From positions 68,758,001 through 68,822,000 of the forward strand of contig CM097885.1 in the NCBI GenBank assembly GCA_044892525.1: 64,000 nucleotides of DNA. The letters run 5' to 3'. This document shows positions 10,233 through 20,820 of this stretch, one piece after another. The position numbers and the translations under genes were made by a program. The notes under the pieces are model-generated. The model saw nothing but the letters and a program-made list of their open reading frames with translations. It was not told the origin of the DNA and made no database searches. Position 1 is the first letter of the stretch. Every line of letters begins with the position of its first letter. The stretch comes from Schmidtea polychroa (lineage: Eukaryota).

Positions 10233-10724
10233 ATGAAATTTTTTTACAACACAGTTGAAGATTTTATAAATAATCATGATGCTTACAGTGATAAGCAACT
10301 CATAAATATTTTAAAGATTTTCAAACATTCCTCTATTGAATATTTGTTTGATTTATTTAATTATGAGAAATCCATTTTAAAGTTATCTTGTTATTTAATG
10401 TACTTAGAAAAAATAGCAGTAAACAATGATTCACTGAATGAATACTTTTGGAGTTGTATGTTTTTAAGGTTGAAACCTGGATATAGTAGATTGATTTATG
10501 ATTGGATAGCGAAAGCCGATTTGATTGAAAATAAGCTAACGAAAAAACTGAGCGATGTTAAGAAAAGGTATTTAACTTGCTCAATTTGTAAAGAAAATCG
10601 AGTTTCGGTTTTGTATTTACCGTGCGGTCACGTAATTGTTTGTTCTAAGTGTAACGAGAAGATTGTTCGCAAGTGTCAAGCTTGTTCAACACTGATTAAT
10701 GAATATCATACTATATACATGTAA
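10233..10724 (+). CDS. RING-finger protein (IAP/MDM2-like C-terminal C3HC4 RING, no BIR), Polinton accessory gene
   Basis: CSICKENRVSVLYLPCGHVIVCSKCNEKIVRKCQACSTLI at the extreme C-terminus; lies between PolB and the TIR. Confidence 0.85.
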   Translation: MKFFYNTVEDFINNHDAYSDKQLINILKIFKHSSIEYLFDLFNYEKSILKLSCYLMYLEKIAVNNDSLNEYFWSCMFLRLKPGYSRLIYDWIAKADLIENKLTKKLSDVKKRYLTCSICKENRVSVLYLPCGHVIVCSKCNEKIVRKCQACSTLINEYHTIYM

Positions 10725-10799
10725 ATAAATATTTAGTTTACCTTTGTTAATTTTACATTATTTTATTGTTTAAATAAATGTATGTTTTGTTGATTTGTT

Positions 10800-12108
10800 G
10801 AGCGTGACCAGTACCCTTGTGAGCATTACCCATAGGGGGACAAAATATTTTGTCGGATAGACTCAGAGTATATAGACTCGGTGTATATAGATTAATAATA
10901 ATAATAATAATAATAATAAGATATATGGCTCATTCGAAAGGTCTTGGATTGAGCTTTAAAATGAGCTATCGATTATTAATTTTCGTTGGCGGGAACTTTG
11001 AAAAAATTAAAAATAAAATAATAATATTTTTAAAAATAATAATATTTTTTAAAAATAATAATATGACCTTGATGAGTCATCGCGATGACTCATATGACCT
11101 TGGGAATGACCTTGGATGAGTCACGTGACCTTGAAAGTGACCTTGATGAGTCATAGGATGACTCAGATGACCTTGAAAGTGACCTTGAAAATTTTGATGA
11201 GTCATCGGCTGAGTCATATGACCTTGAAAAAAATTTTTCAAGGTCATATGAGTCATACTATGAGTCATATGACCTTGAAAATGTCCTTGATGAGTCATAG
11301 GATGACTCAGATGACCTTGAAAAAACTTTTTCAAGGTCGTATGCGTCATACTATGAGTCATATGCCCTTGAAAATGACCTTGATGAGTCATATTATGAGT
11401 CATATGACCTTGAAAAAATTTTTCAAGGCCATATGAGTCATACTATGAGTCATGGTCTTTGTTTCAGTGACCTTGATGAGTCATATGACCTTGGAAAAAA
11501 TTTTCAAGGTCATATGAGTCATATTATGAGTCATATGACCTTGAAAATGGCCTTGATGAGTCATGTTCTTTGTTTAAATGACCTTGAGAAAATTTTTTGA
11601 CCTTGATGAGTCATGTTATGAGTCATATGACCTTGAAAATGACCTTGATGAGTCATAGGATGAGTCATGGTCTTTGTTTAAATGACCTTGAAAATTTTGA
11701 TGAGTCATAGGATGAGTCATGGTCTTTGTTTCAATGACCTTGATGAGTCATATTATGAGTCATACGACCTTGAAAAAATTTTTCAAGGTCATATGAGTCA
11801 TATTATGAGTCATGTGTCCTTGAAAATGGCCTTGATGAGTCATGGTCTTTGTTTAAATGACCTTGAGAAAATTTTTTGACCTTGATGAGTCATGTTATGA
11901 GTCATATGACCTTGAAAATGACCTTGATGAGTCATAGGATGAGTCATGGTCTTTGTTTCAATGACCTTGATGAGTCATATGTCTTTGTTTAAATTTGACC
12001 TTGAAAAAAAATGTACTTTTAGACTTAGAATATTTTTGAAAATCTTACCGACGGGGGGGGGTACTGTGCTAGCGGTGCCCTGTGCCAGCGGTGCCCAATC
12101 CATCTACT
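10800..12108. repeat. Right terminal inverted repeat of the Polinton
   Basis: Contains the core motif shared with the TIRs of 49892-53255, a motif array, a G-tract and terminal CTACT. The inner boundary is approximate because the left TIR is absent. Confidence 0.75.
11064..12003. promoter_or_regulatory. Dense array of TGACCTTGA (NR5A/ERR-type) and TGAGTCA (AP-1-type) motifs
   Basis: More than 20 copies of each by eye, often adjacent as TGACCTTGATGAGTCAT. Function is inferred. Confidence 0.6.
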
Positions 12109-12265
12109 AATATTAAATATTTCATAACATTGAGCACGCATATAGAAATTTTAATTTTGAGAGAATGTAAAAAAGTGAGATATAGTTTAAAAAATTCTTT
12201 TTTCGGTTAGTTTTTCTATTTCTTTATTATTTCTTTTTATTAAAAAAAATTTTAATATTGAATAG

Positions 12266-13077
12266 AACATTGCTTTGTAATATCATACAATAAGTATGAA
12301 AATCCCGGAAAAGATCGTAAAACCGGAACTCATAAAGATTTAATAAGAATTAAGCAGATTTTTATCAAATTGGGTTACGAAATAGTAGTTGAAATATTTA
12401 TTAAAGTTTCTAAAGATATATTTGGTTGTAGAAAATATATAAAAACCAAACAACGGTACAATTGAAAGACAATCTTTCTTTGAACTTGAACGAAATTCAA
12501 GATTCATCTGATATTGTTTTTACTTTTGTTCTGAGCCACGGAGAAAAAGATGGTTTCTATACATACGATGGAATGATAGAGTTTTTGGAATTTAAAAAAA
12601 TTTATTGCGAAAATATTTTAAAACAAATTCCAAAAATAATTTTATATCAATGTTGTCTTGGGGATAAATTCAATGGAGGTTTGAATACTTTTTGATATAT
12701 GCATTTATACTTTAATTTCAGAACACCCTTCAAATGATAATGAAAACATTTACTTTGAATCACCACTGAAAATTCAGATAGAAAACCCAACTAAAAAAAT
12801 CCTTCCCAGATACTCCAATTTCTTCGAAGGTTTCTCTACTGTTCCTGAATATAAAAGTTGCCGAGATGTTACCGGTAGTCCTTACATACAGACAGTGCTA
12901 GATGTTTTCGAGGAAAATCATACAAAGTATACCATAACAGATCCTGATAGTCCCCCTAAGGACATTCGTGAGCAGATGGATGAAGTACAAGTGCGTATGG
13001 CTAAAAAAATACTGGAGGGTTCTCATTTTCAAATTCCGTCGTATACAACTTGTCTTATTGAAAAAGTTTATCTTTAA
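12266..13077 (+). CDS. Caspase-family protease (exons 12266-12384, 12432-12678, 12722-13077; 5' exon not found)
   Basis: Spliced frame HCFVISYNKY...RKTGTHKD...KLGYEI|KIYKNQT...VLSHG...IILYQCCLG...FSTVPEYKSCR...GSPYIQ...FQIPSYTTCLIEKVYL. Introns are 47 and 43 nt, GT-AG. Confidence 0.88.
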
Positions 13078-14517
13078 GAAACAACAATAGCATAAATTTT
13101 TATTCACCGTGTTTATTAGTATAAACCGTTTTTAGTGTCTTTTTTGTCATTTTCGAATCGTAAAAAAAATTATCGAAGATAACAGTGATTGCAAATAACT
13201 ATTCGTGTTTAGAATTATCTTTTCTGTAGAATCCACAATTGGGAGTATTCTCAGAAAGAATTCAGAGTAAGACAGACTTTTAGCTGATTTCTTGAAACCC
13301 AAGTTCTTTGATCTGCATAAAAATTATAATTTATAAGGAAATAAAAATAAAATTATTTTAAAATTGTATAATGCACACATCGTTACAATAGAAAATTTAT
13401 TATATTAATTCCAATATAATATTTTTGAATAAATATTTGTTTAATTCAATCAAATCTGAAAAAGATAAGTTATTAAATGTGAGCTGCTAAATTCAGACTC
13501 AATCTCCCCTTGTTGAAAAAAAAAGTTCCTTGGTTAGAACAAAACCTATGGCTCATACGGTGGCTCCTACTTCTTAATGGTCAACTTAGACTTAGGTTAT
13601 CACTCATGGTATTTTGCCAAAGTTCAACCTTGACAGTTCTTATACTCAACTGCCATCCTCTAACAATAATAATAATAATAATAATAATAAACTCTGACTA
13701 CGACTCAAAATGATCAACTAGGACTTTTATAGATGAAATTGTAGAGAAAATCTTAACATTAAGTAAATGATAATTCTTTTCTCTGACCACTTAAAGCGGA
13801 TGCCAACGTTAAAGCTTAAACATTAGGCAATATAAATTTATGCTACTTTGCTTTCAGTAAATAATATGTCCGCAAAAAAGATATAATGTTCCAGTCTTTG
13901 TTAAGTGGCATTTGCAGCATATTAAAATACTATTTTTCTACCTTATACTTCCTCTTTAGCTTATTTATCAATATTTAAATATTTGTCAAGCGAAGATGTT
14001 GTGCCTCAGGCTTCGACATCTCGAGATATTTATTCTACTCTGCCGTCCCTAAAGAAGATTTCAGAGTATATTTTTTAATGTCATATAATTTACATAGATC
14101 GGTTAATAACGCATCTTCGTTCAATATTTTTATTGAATAATTATTTAATTCTGGGTTGAAACAAAATTTATCAATATAATCCTCATTTAGATAAATTATT
14201 TAATTTGGAATTACTCATTTCTCAAAATTTTCCATAACAAATATATACATATATACGCGCGCGTGTGTGTGTGTGTGTGAGGAGATGGATTTGTTCCATC
14301 CACATCATGTCCCATAAATATAACAAGTTTTACAAAGTATGTGTACCCAAAAAATGCCGCTTGATCTAACATAAAAATCTGATGCTTAACCTGATCAAGT
14401 ACTCAAGATGATTTCCAACCATTTCAGTTATTCTACATTTATAAGCAGTATTTTCTTAAGAATCAAACCAAAAACAAATTGTCAAACCCGGTGAAAAATT
14501 ATGAATCACACTAGAGC

Positions 14518-14649
14518 AGTGGTTCGCAACTACTGTACCGCGGAATGATTCCTGGTGTGGCGCGAAGGGATAATAGGTGGAAGACATTCAATTTCTTAAT
14601 CATGAGAAAGCGCGCTGGAAATTGAATTCAAAATTTGAGTTTAAAATTG
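14518..14649 (+). mobile_element. 5' end of a Buster-type hAT transposon, interrupted by the solo LTR at 14650
   Basis: Starts CAGTGGTTCGCAAC; a Buster-like transposase resumes right after the LTR at ~19777. Confidence 0.55.
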
Positions 14650-17600
14650 TGTTGGGCTAGAACTGATTTCTAGACCCAAACTTATAATTGTGACTGAAAT
14701 GTGTAGGTACACAACATGCAAAAAGCAAAAAGTATAGTTAAATATGAAAAATACACCAAATAAACAATAATGATTAAAAGGGAAACAACAAAAATATAAA
14801 CACAGAAATTAAATAAAATTATACAAAAGCAAGAAGTTATGCAAAATCTAACTCAAAAATAACCAAATAAACATAGAGTTACAAAAAACAAACTCGAATA
14901 ACTTGAAAGATGGTAAAAACAGTAAAAATTTCCAGAAAAACCCAGAACATTCCATAAAAATGGCGATGACCATCATAAAAGCTACTTTAAACAATAAAAT
15001 TTAGAAAAATAAATAAAAAGTAATAAAAAAAAAAAAAAAAAAAATCTTAAAAAGAAATTCATAAAACATCGATTGAAATAAACATTAAATTAAAAGTAAT
15101 ATAGAATGTTCTGGAACCGTTCCAAATCCATCATGGACGTAAAATTAACGAAAAATAATTAAAAAATAAAAATTTAAAAATAAAAACAAAAATTATGGCA
15201 CAAAAATCGCCATTAAAAATATCAAAATTACAAAATAGAAAATTCTGGAATAAAAAGAATTCGAGTTTGTTTTAATGCATCAATACATACACGTGTACAA
15301 AATAGGTATATATACCGACGCATTTTAGTCACAATTTAATCTTTTTGTATGCCAAAAATTTTCATCGAAAATCTAATTGACACCGAGAGTAAGCATTGTT
15401 GATTATATTTATTTTATGATTGTTCTTTTATCATTATAGTTCATTTTATTAATTATAATTTTATCCTTTTTTTTCATATTTGATTATTACTGAACAAGAG
15501 TGACTAGCGTCGTCGTGAATGGGTAGCATCCGCGACGCTGATCAGTCTTGTTTTCAACCAGTAGCCACATGCACAATTTTTGGGTCTACGACCCCACATG
15601 CATAAAAATTTAAACATTTTTTATTAACCGGAGGTCGTCACGAACAAATGGTTCTAACCAGGAGTAGGGCGGTAAACCCATACCGGTAGTTGGCATAGTC
15701 ATAGGGACTATGCGGACGACATAAACTGCGGGAAAGTAATCGCGGGAAACATAGCACAATAAGGCCTATCGTACCGTATTCAGTTGAGTCGGGAAAGTAG
15801 GAAAATTTTAATTAACTCGACCTTTCGGTAAACGACATACCAAAAATAAACACTTAATTCTTCTATAGGAAATATATCACTAGGAACATCTAAACGGGAA
15901 ATATCCCAGACTCAAATTAATACAGAGGCTTTCGATAGTCGGCTAATTGCATAAACCAATATCTAATATTAACAGATTTTAGTACTACTATTCATAATTT
16001 TATTCAATGTAATTTAGTTCACGTCCAATGTGTATTTTTATAAACTAAAATCCCTTCAAAATTTTTATTCTTACCTCTATGTGTATTGAAATTTAGTAGA
16101 CATAAAATCTTCAAAGAATTTTTTTGAGTCCTAATAACATTATCAACTTTGGTATCATTACTATTATCATGATTGATTTTCTAAAATTACATTAATAAAG
16201 GGTATATCATCCCCATATAATGGCATATATAAGTATATTAAACTTTCTTAATACATATTTACATTATGCTTAGAAAATGATAAATTATAAATTTTCTCAA
16301 ATGACCCCCGGAATATATATTCATCACCCAAATGTCCTAAATGAACTTATTTTAATATATAATTTTAGATAGTAATATGTTAAAATGATATTTTAGCAAT
16401 TTCCATCTTTAGGATCGTTATTATTATTATTATTAATTTTCTTAAAATTACCTTACTAAAGTGTATATTATTACCATATAAAAGCATATAGGAGTATTTC
16501 AAGTTTCCTTAATGTATATCTAACTTATATTATGTTTAGAAAAAGCTAAATTACAAGTTTCTTAAATGACCCCCCCCCCCCGAAATATACCTTCATTACC
16601 CATTGCATAAATATCCTGAATTAACTTATTTTAATATATATTTAGAATTGTAGTATGTTAAAAATGACGATTTATAAATTTTCATAAATACCCCTGCCAT
16701 AAATCAACTTATGATGATATAGAAGGATTACTTATAAATTTTCATAAATAACCCCTTTTTGATCCCTATAGTCCTTGAGGACTACCTGAAAGTGTTAGTT
16801 CAATTTGCTTCGGAACCTAGTTAACTTACATTACTCTTAGAAATATCATTGTAAAATGAGTCCATAATTTCCCGCAAGTGATTCCCATATGTGGTAACCC
16901 TATACACTACGAATTTATATTTATTAGTATCATCATTAACCTTATTGTCATTGTTATTATTAATGTTATTATCATTACTAATATTACCATTCTCATTGTT
17001 ATGATTATTACTATTATTATTATTATCATTATCTTCATCATTATTATTGATATTATTATTATAATGAATATTATTATTAATATCTTTCGTATCATTATTA
17101 TTACTATTATTATTACTACCATCATTATTAAGGTTATTATTATTACTGTTATTAGTGTTATTACCACATTTTCACCCTTGTCATTTCCATTATTATTATC
17201 CCTATCATTATTATTACATTATTAATCAATTATAAAATTCCCTCAAGTTCAAACTATTGGCTTACATTTCCACGGCATAGATCCAAAATTGAATAATGAA
17301 TAGAAATTCCCATCTAAACACCTTACAAAGTGAGTAAGTCGGCATAATTTGGGTTACCGCCAAACAGTAATATGCCGAATACTCTATCCGATGGAGGTGT
17401 CGTGCCCGAAACGGAGGGTTTGGAAATCCATTTCTGAAATAAAACGAATTTATCAGGATCAAAATTTGACTTACCCACTGAATAGCAATAGATGATCTGG
17501 CCACCTACAACCACTATGGACAGGGATTGCGGAGAGCCGAAATAAATTCGGACAATGCCGTTTTCCATAGTGGGTCTTAGTAGCATAATTTTGTTGAATA

Positions 17601-18015
17601 AAAGGAAAATTTTTTTTTTAAAAAAAAGGAAACTAATGTGAAATAACAAGTTAAACTTTTAAATAAGTTAAACAAGTTCATTCGAATATGCGATTTTAAA
17701 TTAATTTATGAAATTCTAATTTTTCTATTTTTTTTGTCCACCCTTAAGTTGTTAAACCCAATTTACCAATCGTTAATGTATGAACTTAATTTAATTCAGT
17801 AATCTGGATCTAATTTATTAAATTGGATATATGAACCAAATATGGAAATTAATTCGTAAATTAATATACTTTACCTACAAAATCATTGTCTGTTGAATTG
17901 GTTGTGTATTATGCTTGAATATAAATTGTAATGGGGTGTTTGGACATTTTGGAGTGATCGAACGTAAATAGAAGTACAAAGATTTGTTTTAATATTTTTT
18001 TTTATCATTACAGTC

Positions 18016-18396
18016 ATGTCCAATGCTGAATTAAGGAACGTACAGGTAGACCGCTCGTCGACCGACTTGAGCCTAGGAATTACCGGCGAGGGGGCAGACG
18101 AAGCCGTCCGATTGAGGGAGGACGCAGAAATCGCCCGGCTACGGTCCAGATGGATCTGGTACAAGATTCATGATTGGACCTACCAGAATGTGGTCCCGGT
18201 GATTCCAAAGGTGGAGCCATATCTCAATCATTCGGCATTGGCTTTGATCGACGCATTCGACGATGCGAAGGAGGCGGTGGACCGGTTGCATCGGCTCAAA
18301 ATATCAGTCCTGGCCGGCGAGCTGGAAGACATCGACGGCTACGCCCGAGCCCAATGTCATCCAAAACGAACCCAAGAAGACCTCAACGGGAACTAG
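18016..18396 (+). CDS. LTR-internal hypothetical ORF
   Basis: GC-rich 126-aa ORF directly after the acceptor TCATTACAG at 18013; no recognisable family. Confidence 0.5.
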   Translation: MSNAELRNVQVDRSSTDLSLGITGEGADEAVRLREDAEIARLRSRWIWYKIHDWTYQNVVPVIPKVEPYLNHSALALIDAFDDAKEAVDRLHRLKISVLAGELEDIDGYARAQCHPKRTQEDLNGN

Positions 18397-18920
18397 AACG
18401 ACTGGGAAAACGCCGACGCCCGCGAAAAACCGCCAGCTCGACCAAGGAGAGCACGGGATCGAAGGCTAGCGGGCGCGGTACGACTAACGTCCGTGTTGTG
18501 TCAAAACGAAGAACTTGTGATAAAAACTAATTATTATGTGATGACCCGTTATTGGGTGTATTGTGTGATATTATGTACTGGGTTAAGCATTTTTGATCCA
18601 GGGTTCGAATATTATTCGTTAGGTCTTAATAGTTCATAATTGTTTAATGTTTGTTTGTGTCTTGGTGGTCGATGATAACTTAATTGTGTGGATTGTTTGA
18701 TTCTTAGTAATGTTCATGACGTGGAGTATCATTATTGCTGACTACAATTTTCTATAGCGTTGACAGCCCTATAAGGTTGGGTAAGATACATAGGACTCGG
18801 TTTTGGGGGGCGCGTAGCCGAGGACTGCGACGAGGGGATTACCTTCATTTAGCATTGATACTCATAATAATGCTCGACCCTCGATGCTGATGTAACATTC
18901 ATTGATGTTATCTCGTTTTA

Positions 18921-19385
18921 GTGCTAAAACTCCTGGAAGAGATGCGAGCAGATAGGGAACGGGCGCAACAACAGGCAGAGGAATACCGGGCCAAGCTAAC
19001 ACGAGTCAAGGCCCACTGCCGGAATTTCGAATGCACCTGGTTCCCGCCAGCGGAAATGAAAAAACGGATGGAGTTGATCACTCAACTACAACTCCAGAGT
19101 GCACAAGATCAGGTTGAGTTGCGGGCCCTCCGCCTGAGAGTGAGGGAGCTGGAGGTCAAGGTACACCAACAGGACCTTGACCGAGAGGTCATTGCCAAGA
19201 TCCGACCCATGAGTGAGTTGCTCCACCAATCGAAGGGGTGCACCCCAGCAACAGCAATCCCGAGGAAAAAGATTCGGCCGGGTAAAGCGGCGCGAGCGAG
19301 AATAAGGCAAGCCAGCCAGGCCCAATTAACTCTCCATTCTACTGGATCAGAGGCTACACCAAGAGAATCGACCAGGACACTATAA
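18921..19385 (+). CDS. LTR-encoded accessory protein exon: coiled coil, ExTWF motif, Arg/Lys-rich tail
   Basis: Acceptor TTTTAG at 18921. Ungapped similarity to ORF 60271-60750. Tail PRKKIRPGKAARARIRQ; AATAAA at 19403. Confidence 0.65.
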   Translation: MLKLLEEMRADRERAQQQAEEYRAKLTRVKAHCRNFECTWFPPAEMKKRMELITQLQLQSAQDQVELRALRLRVRELEVKVHQQDLDREVIAKIRPMSELLHQSKGCTPATAIPRKKIRPGKAARARIRQASQAQLTLHSTGSEATPRESTRTL

Positions 19386-19492
19386 GTTGTCCATGTTGTC
19401 CGAATAAATCTTTACTGGTGTATCCATGTCTGTATCTTTTGATTTTTTTTTTATGATGATTATTGCCACGGGGACGAAAAGAAACCGGACAT

Positions 19493-19674
19493 AGACCTTC
19501 TATCGGTAGTCCGTGAACCCCAGTGGGTACTAGACAACTATAGTATGTTAAGCATGCTCACTTTTTGCTAGTGCCCAAACCCTTGATACAGTACCAACGT
19601 TGATTGCTCAACGGGTATCAAGTGGTCAGCTATGAATTGTATTCTGGGTTACGCTGGAAACAGCATGAGGAGGT
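19493..19674 (+). ncRNA. Conserved structured RNA motif, copy A
   Basis: AGACCTTCTA, GAACCC, GCTCAC and AGTACCAAC/GG boxes; stems GGGTACTAG/CTAGTGCCC, AGTATG/CATGCT, CTTGATAC/GTATCAAG and GTTGA/TCAAC. Confidence 0.7.
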
Positions 19675-19776
19675 AAAGATTTTTCAGTACCTGTAACCCA
19701 CCAATTGTATTTAAAATATGATAAAAATTCTCTTAGATTTATTTTCTTCAATTTTAGATTTAATTCAACTTTAAAT

Positions 19777-20217
19777 GTGGACAAGTTTTACAAAAGAAAA
19801 CTTGATGTTGACAAAAATAGTTCTACAACTTCATTTAAAAAATCAAAGGTTCATCGGTTTTATAGTGATGATTACTTGAAATTTGGGTTTCACTGGACTG
19901 GAGATACACAAATTCCTTTTCTACTGTATGTTGTGTGTGGACAAAAGTTCTCTAATGAATCAATGGTTCCAAGTAAGATAAAAAGGCATCTTACTACAAA
20001 TCATCCTAATCTTCAAACTAAAAATGTCGATTATTTTCGATGGTTGTTAGAATCAAATGCAAGACGAAATCAACTATTTAAGAAAAACTGTGTCCGAAAT
20101 AGATCAATTTGCTTCTTATGGGGTGGCAGAAATTATTGCTTCCTAATCGAAGTCTCATGTTCTTGCAGAATCAATGATCCTTCCAGCATGCAAAAGGATG
20201 GTGAAAATTATGCTTGA
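19777..20217 (+). pseudogene. Buster/ZBED5-type hAT transposase N-terminal fragment
   Basis: DKFYKRK...YLKFGF...VVCGQKFSNESMVPSKIKRHLTTNHP, then frameshifted ASYGVAEIIA...LAESMILPACKRMVKIML. Confidence 0.85.
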
Positions 20218-20743
20218 CGACAAAAACTGTAGTGTAGCATTTATTTGTTGAAAGTAGTTTTTTAAATGTAAATATGAATTTTAATTATGATTTCTATTCG
20301 AGACATAGTTTATACGAACCAAATTTCTCTATAGTAATAATTTACTATAGAAAAATTAAAAATACAAAAATCGAAAAAAATCATAAAATAATAAAAGGAT
20401 TTGAATTTACTAGATTTCTATCAAAAAGAACAGAATAATATAAGTTAATTGAAAATTCAACTGAAAATAAATTCAAGAAAATAAACCAAATCAAATTACA
20501 CTGTTTTAATACTACCGAAGTACAATTCGATTCGGTTACGGAACTATCGAAATAACCTTTATCTTACTAATTACAAGAAAGTTATATTAGAAAAATTTCT
20601 CGTATTTCAAAAACACCATTTACAAACTAATTACAATTCGGTTTCAAAAGTTGATAAAATTGGTTAAAATTATCGCTATCGTTGTATATTGTTCATTGAA
20701 TACTATTAACTCATTACAAACCAATTACAATTCAACATCAACA

Positions 20744-20820
20744 TCTTTTCTGGGTTTGGCAAATTACTATAGACGATTTGTCAAAGATTATGTTAAAATA
20801 GCAGCACCCTTACATGCAAA
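20744..20820 (+). pseudogene. Short Gypsy RT-RNase H connection fragment
   Basis: SFLGLANYYRRFVKDYVKIAAPLH. Confidence 0.75.

Larger units (their letters stand above)
1..12108 (+). mobile_element. Polinton/Maverick (adintovirus-type endogenous virus), right part; left end outside window
   Basis: Penton, pX-like, hexon, adenain and pPolB genes in a compact array. Terminus ...CATCTACT at 12108 is the reverse complement of the AGTAG start seen on the TSD-flanked element at 49892. Integrase and ATPase are not in the window. Confidence 0.93.
14650..19703 (+). mobile_element. Giant Gypsy solo LTR A (5054 bp)
   Basis: Starts TGTTGGG and ends CCCACCA (one change from CCCAACA). 4-bp TSD ATTG at 14646-14649 and 19704-19707. 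Shares RNA motif and accessory ORF with LTR B. Confidence 0.75.

Noticed and set aside
11064-12003. TGATGAGTC repeats as tandem hammerheads or a CRISPR array
   Set aside because: No CTGA core and no GAAA after the stem; no unique spacers; eukaryotic context.
16878-17225. Ile-rich ORFs as membrane proteins, and poly-Leu/poly-Tyr ORFs at 50818-52395
   Set aside because: Translations of (ATT)n and (TTA)n low-complexity DNA.
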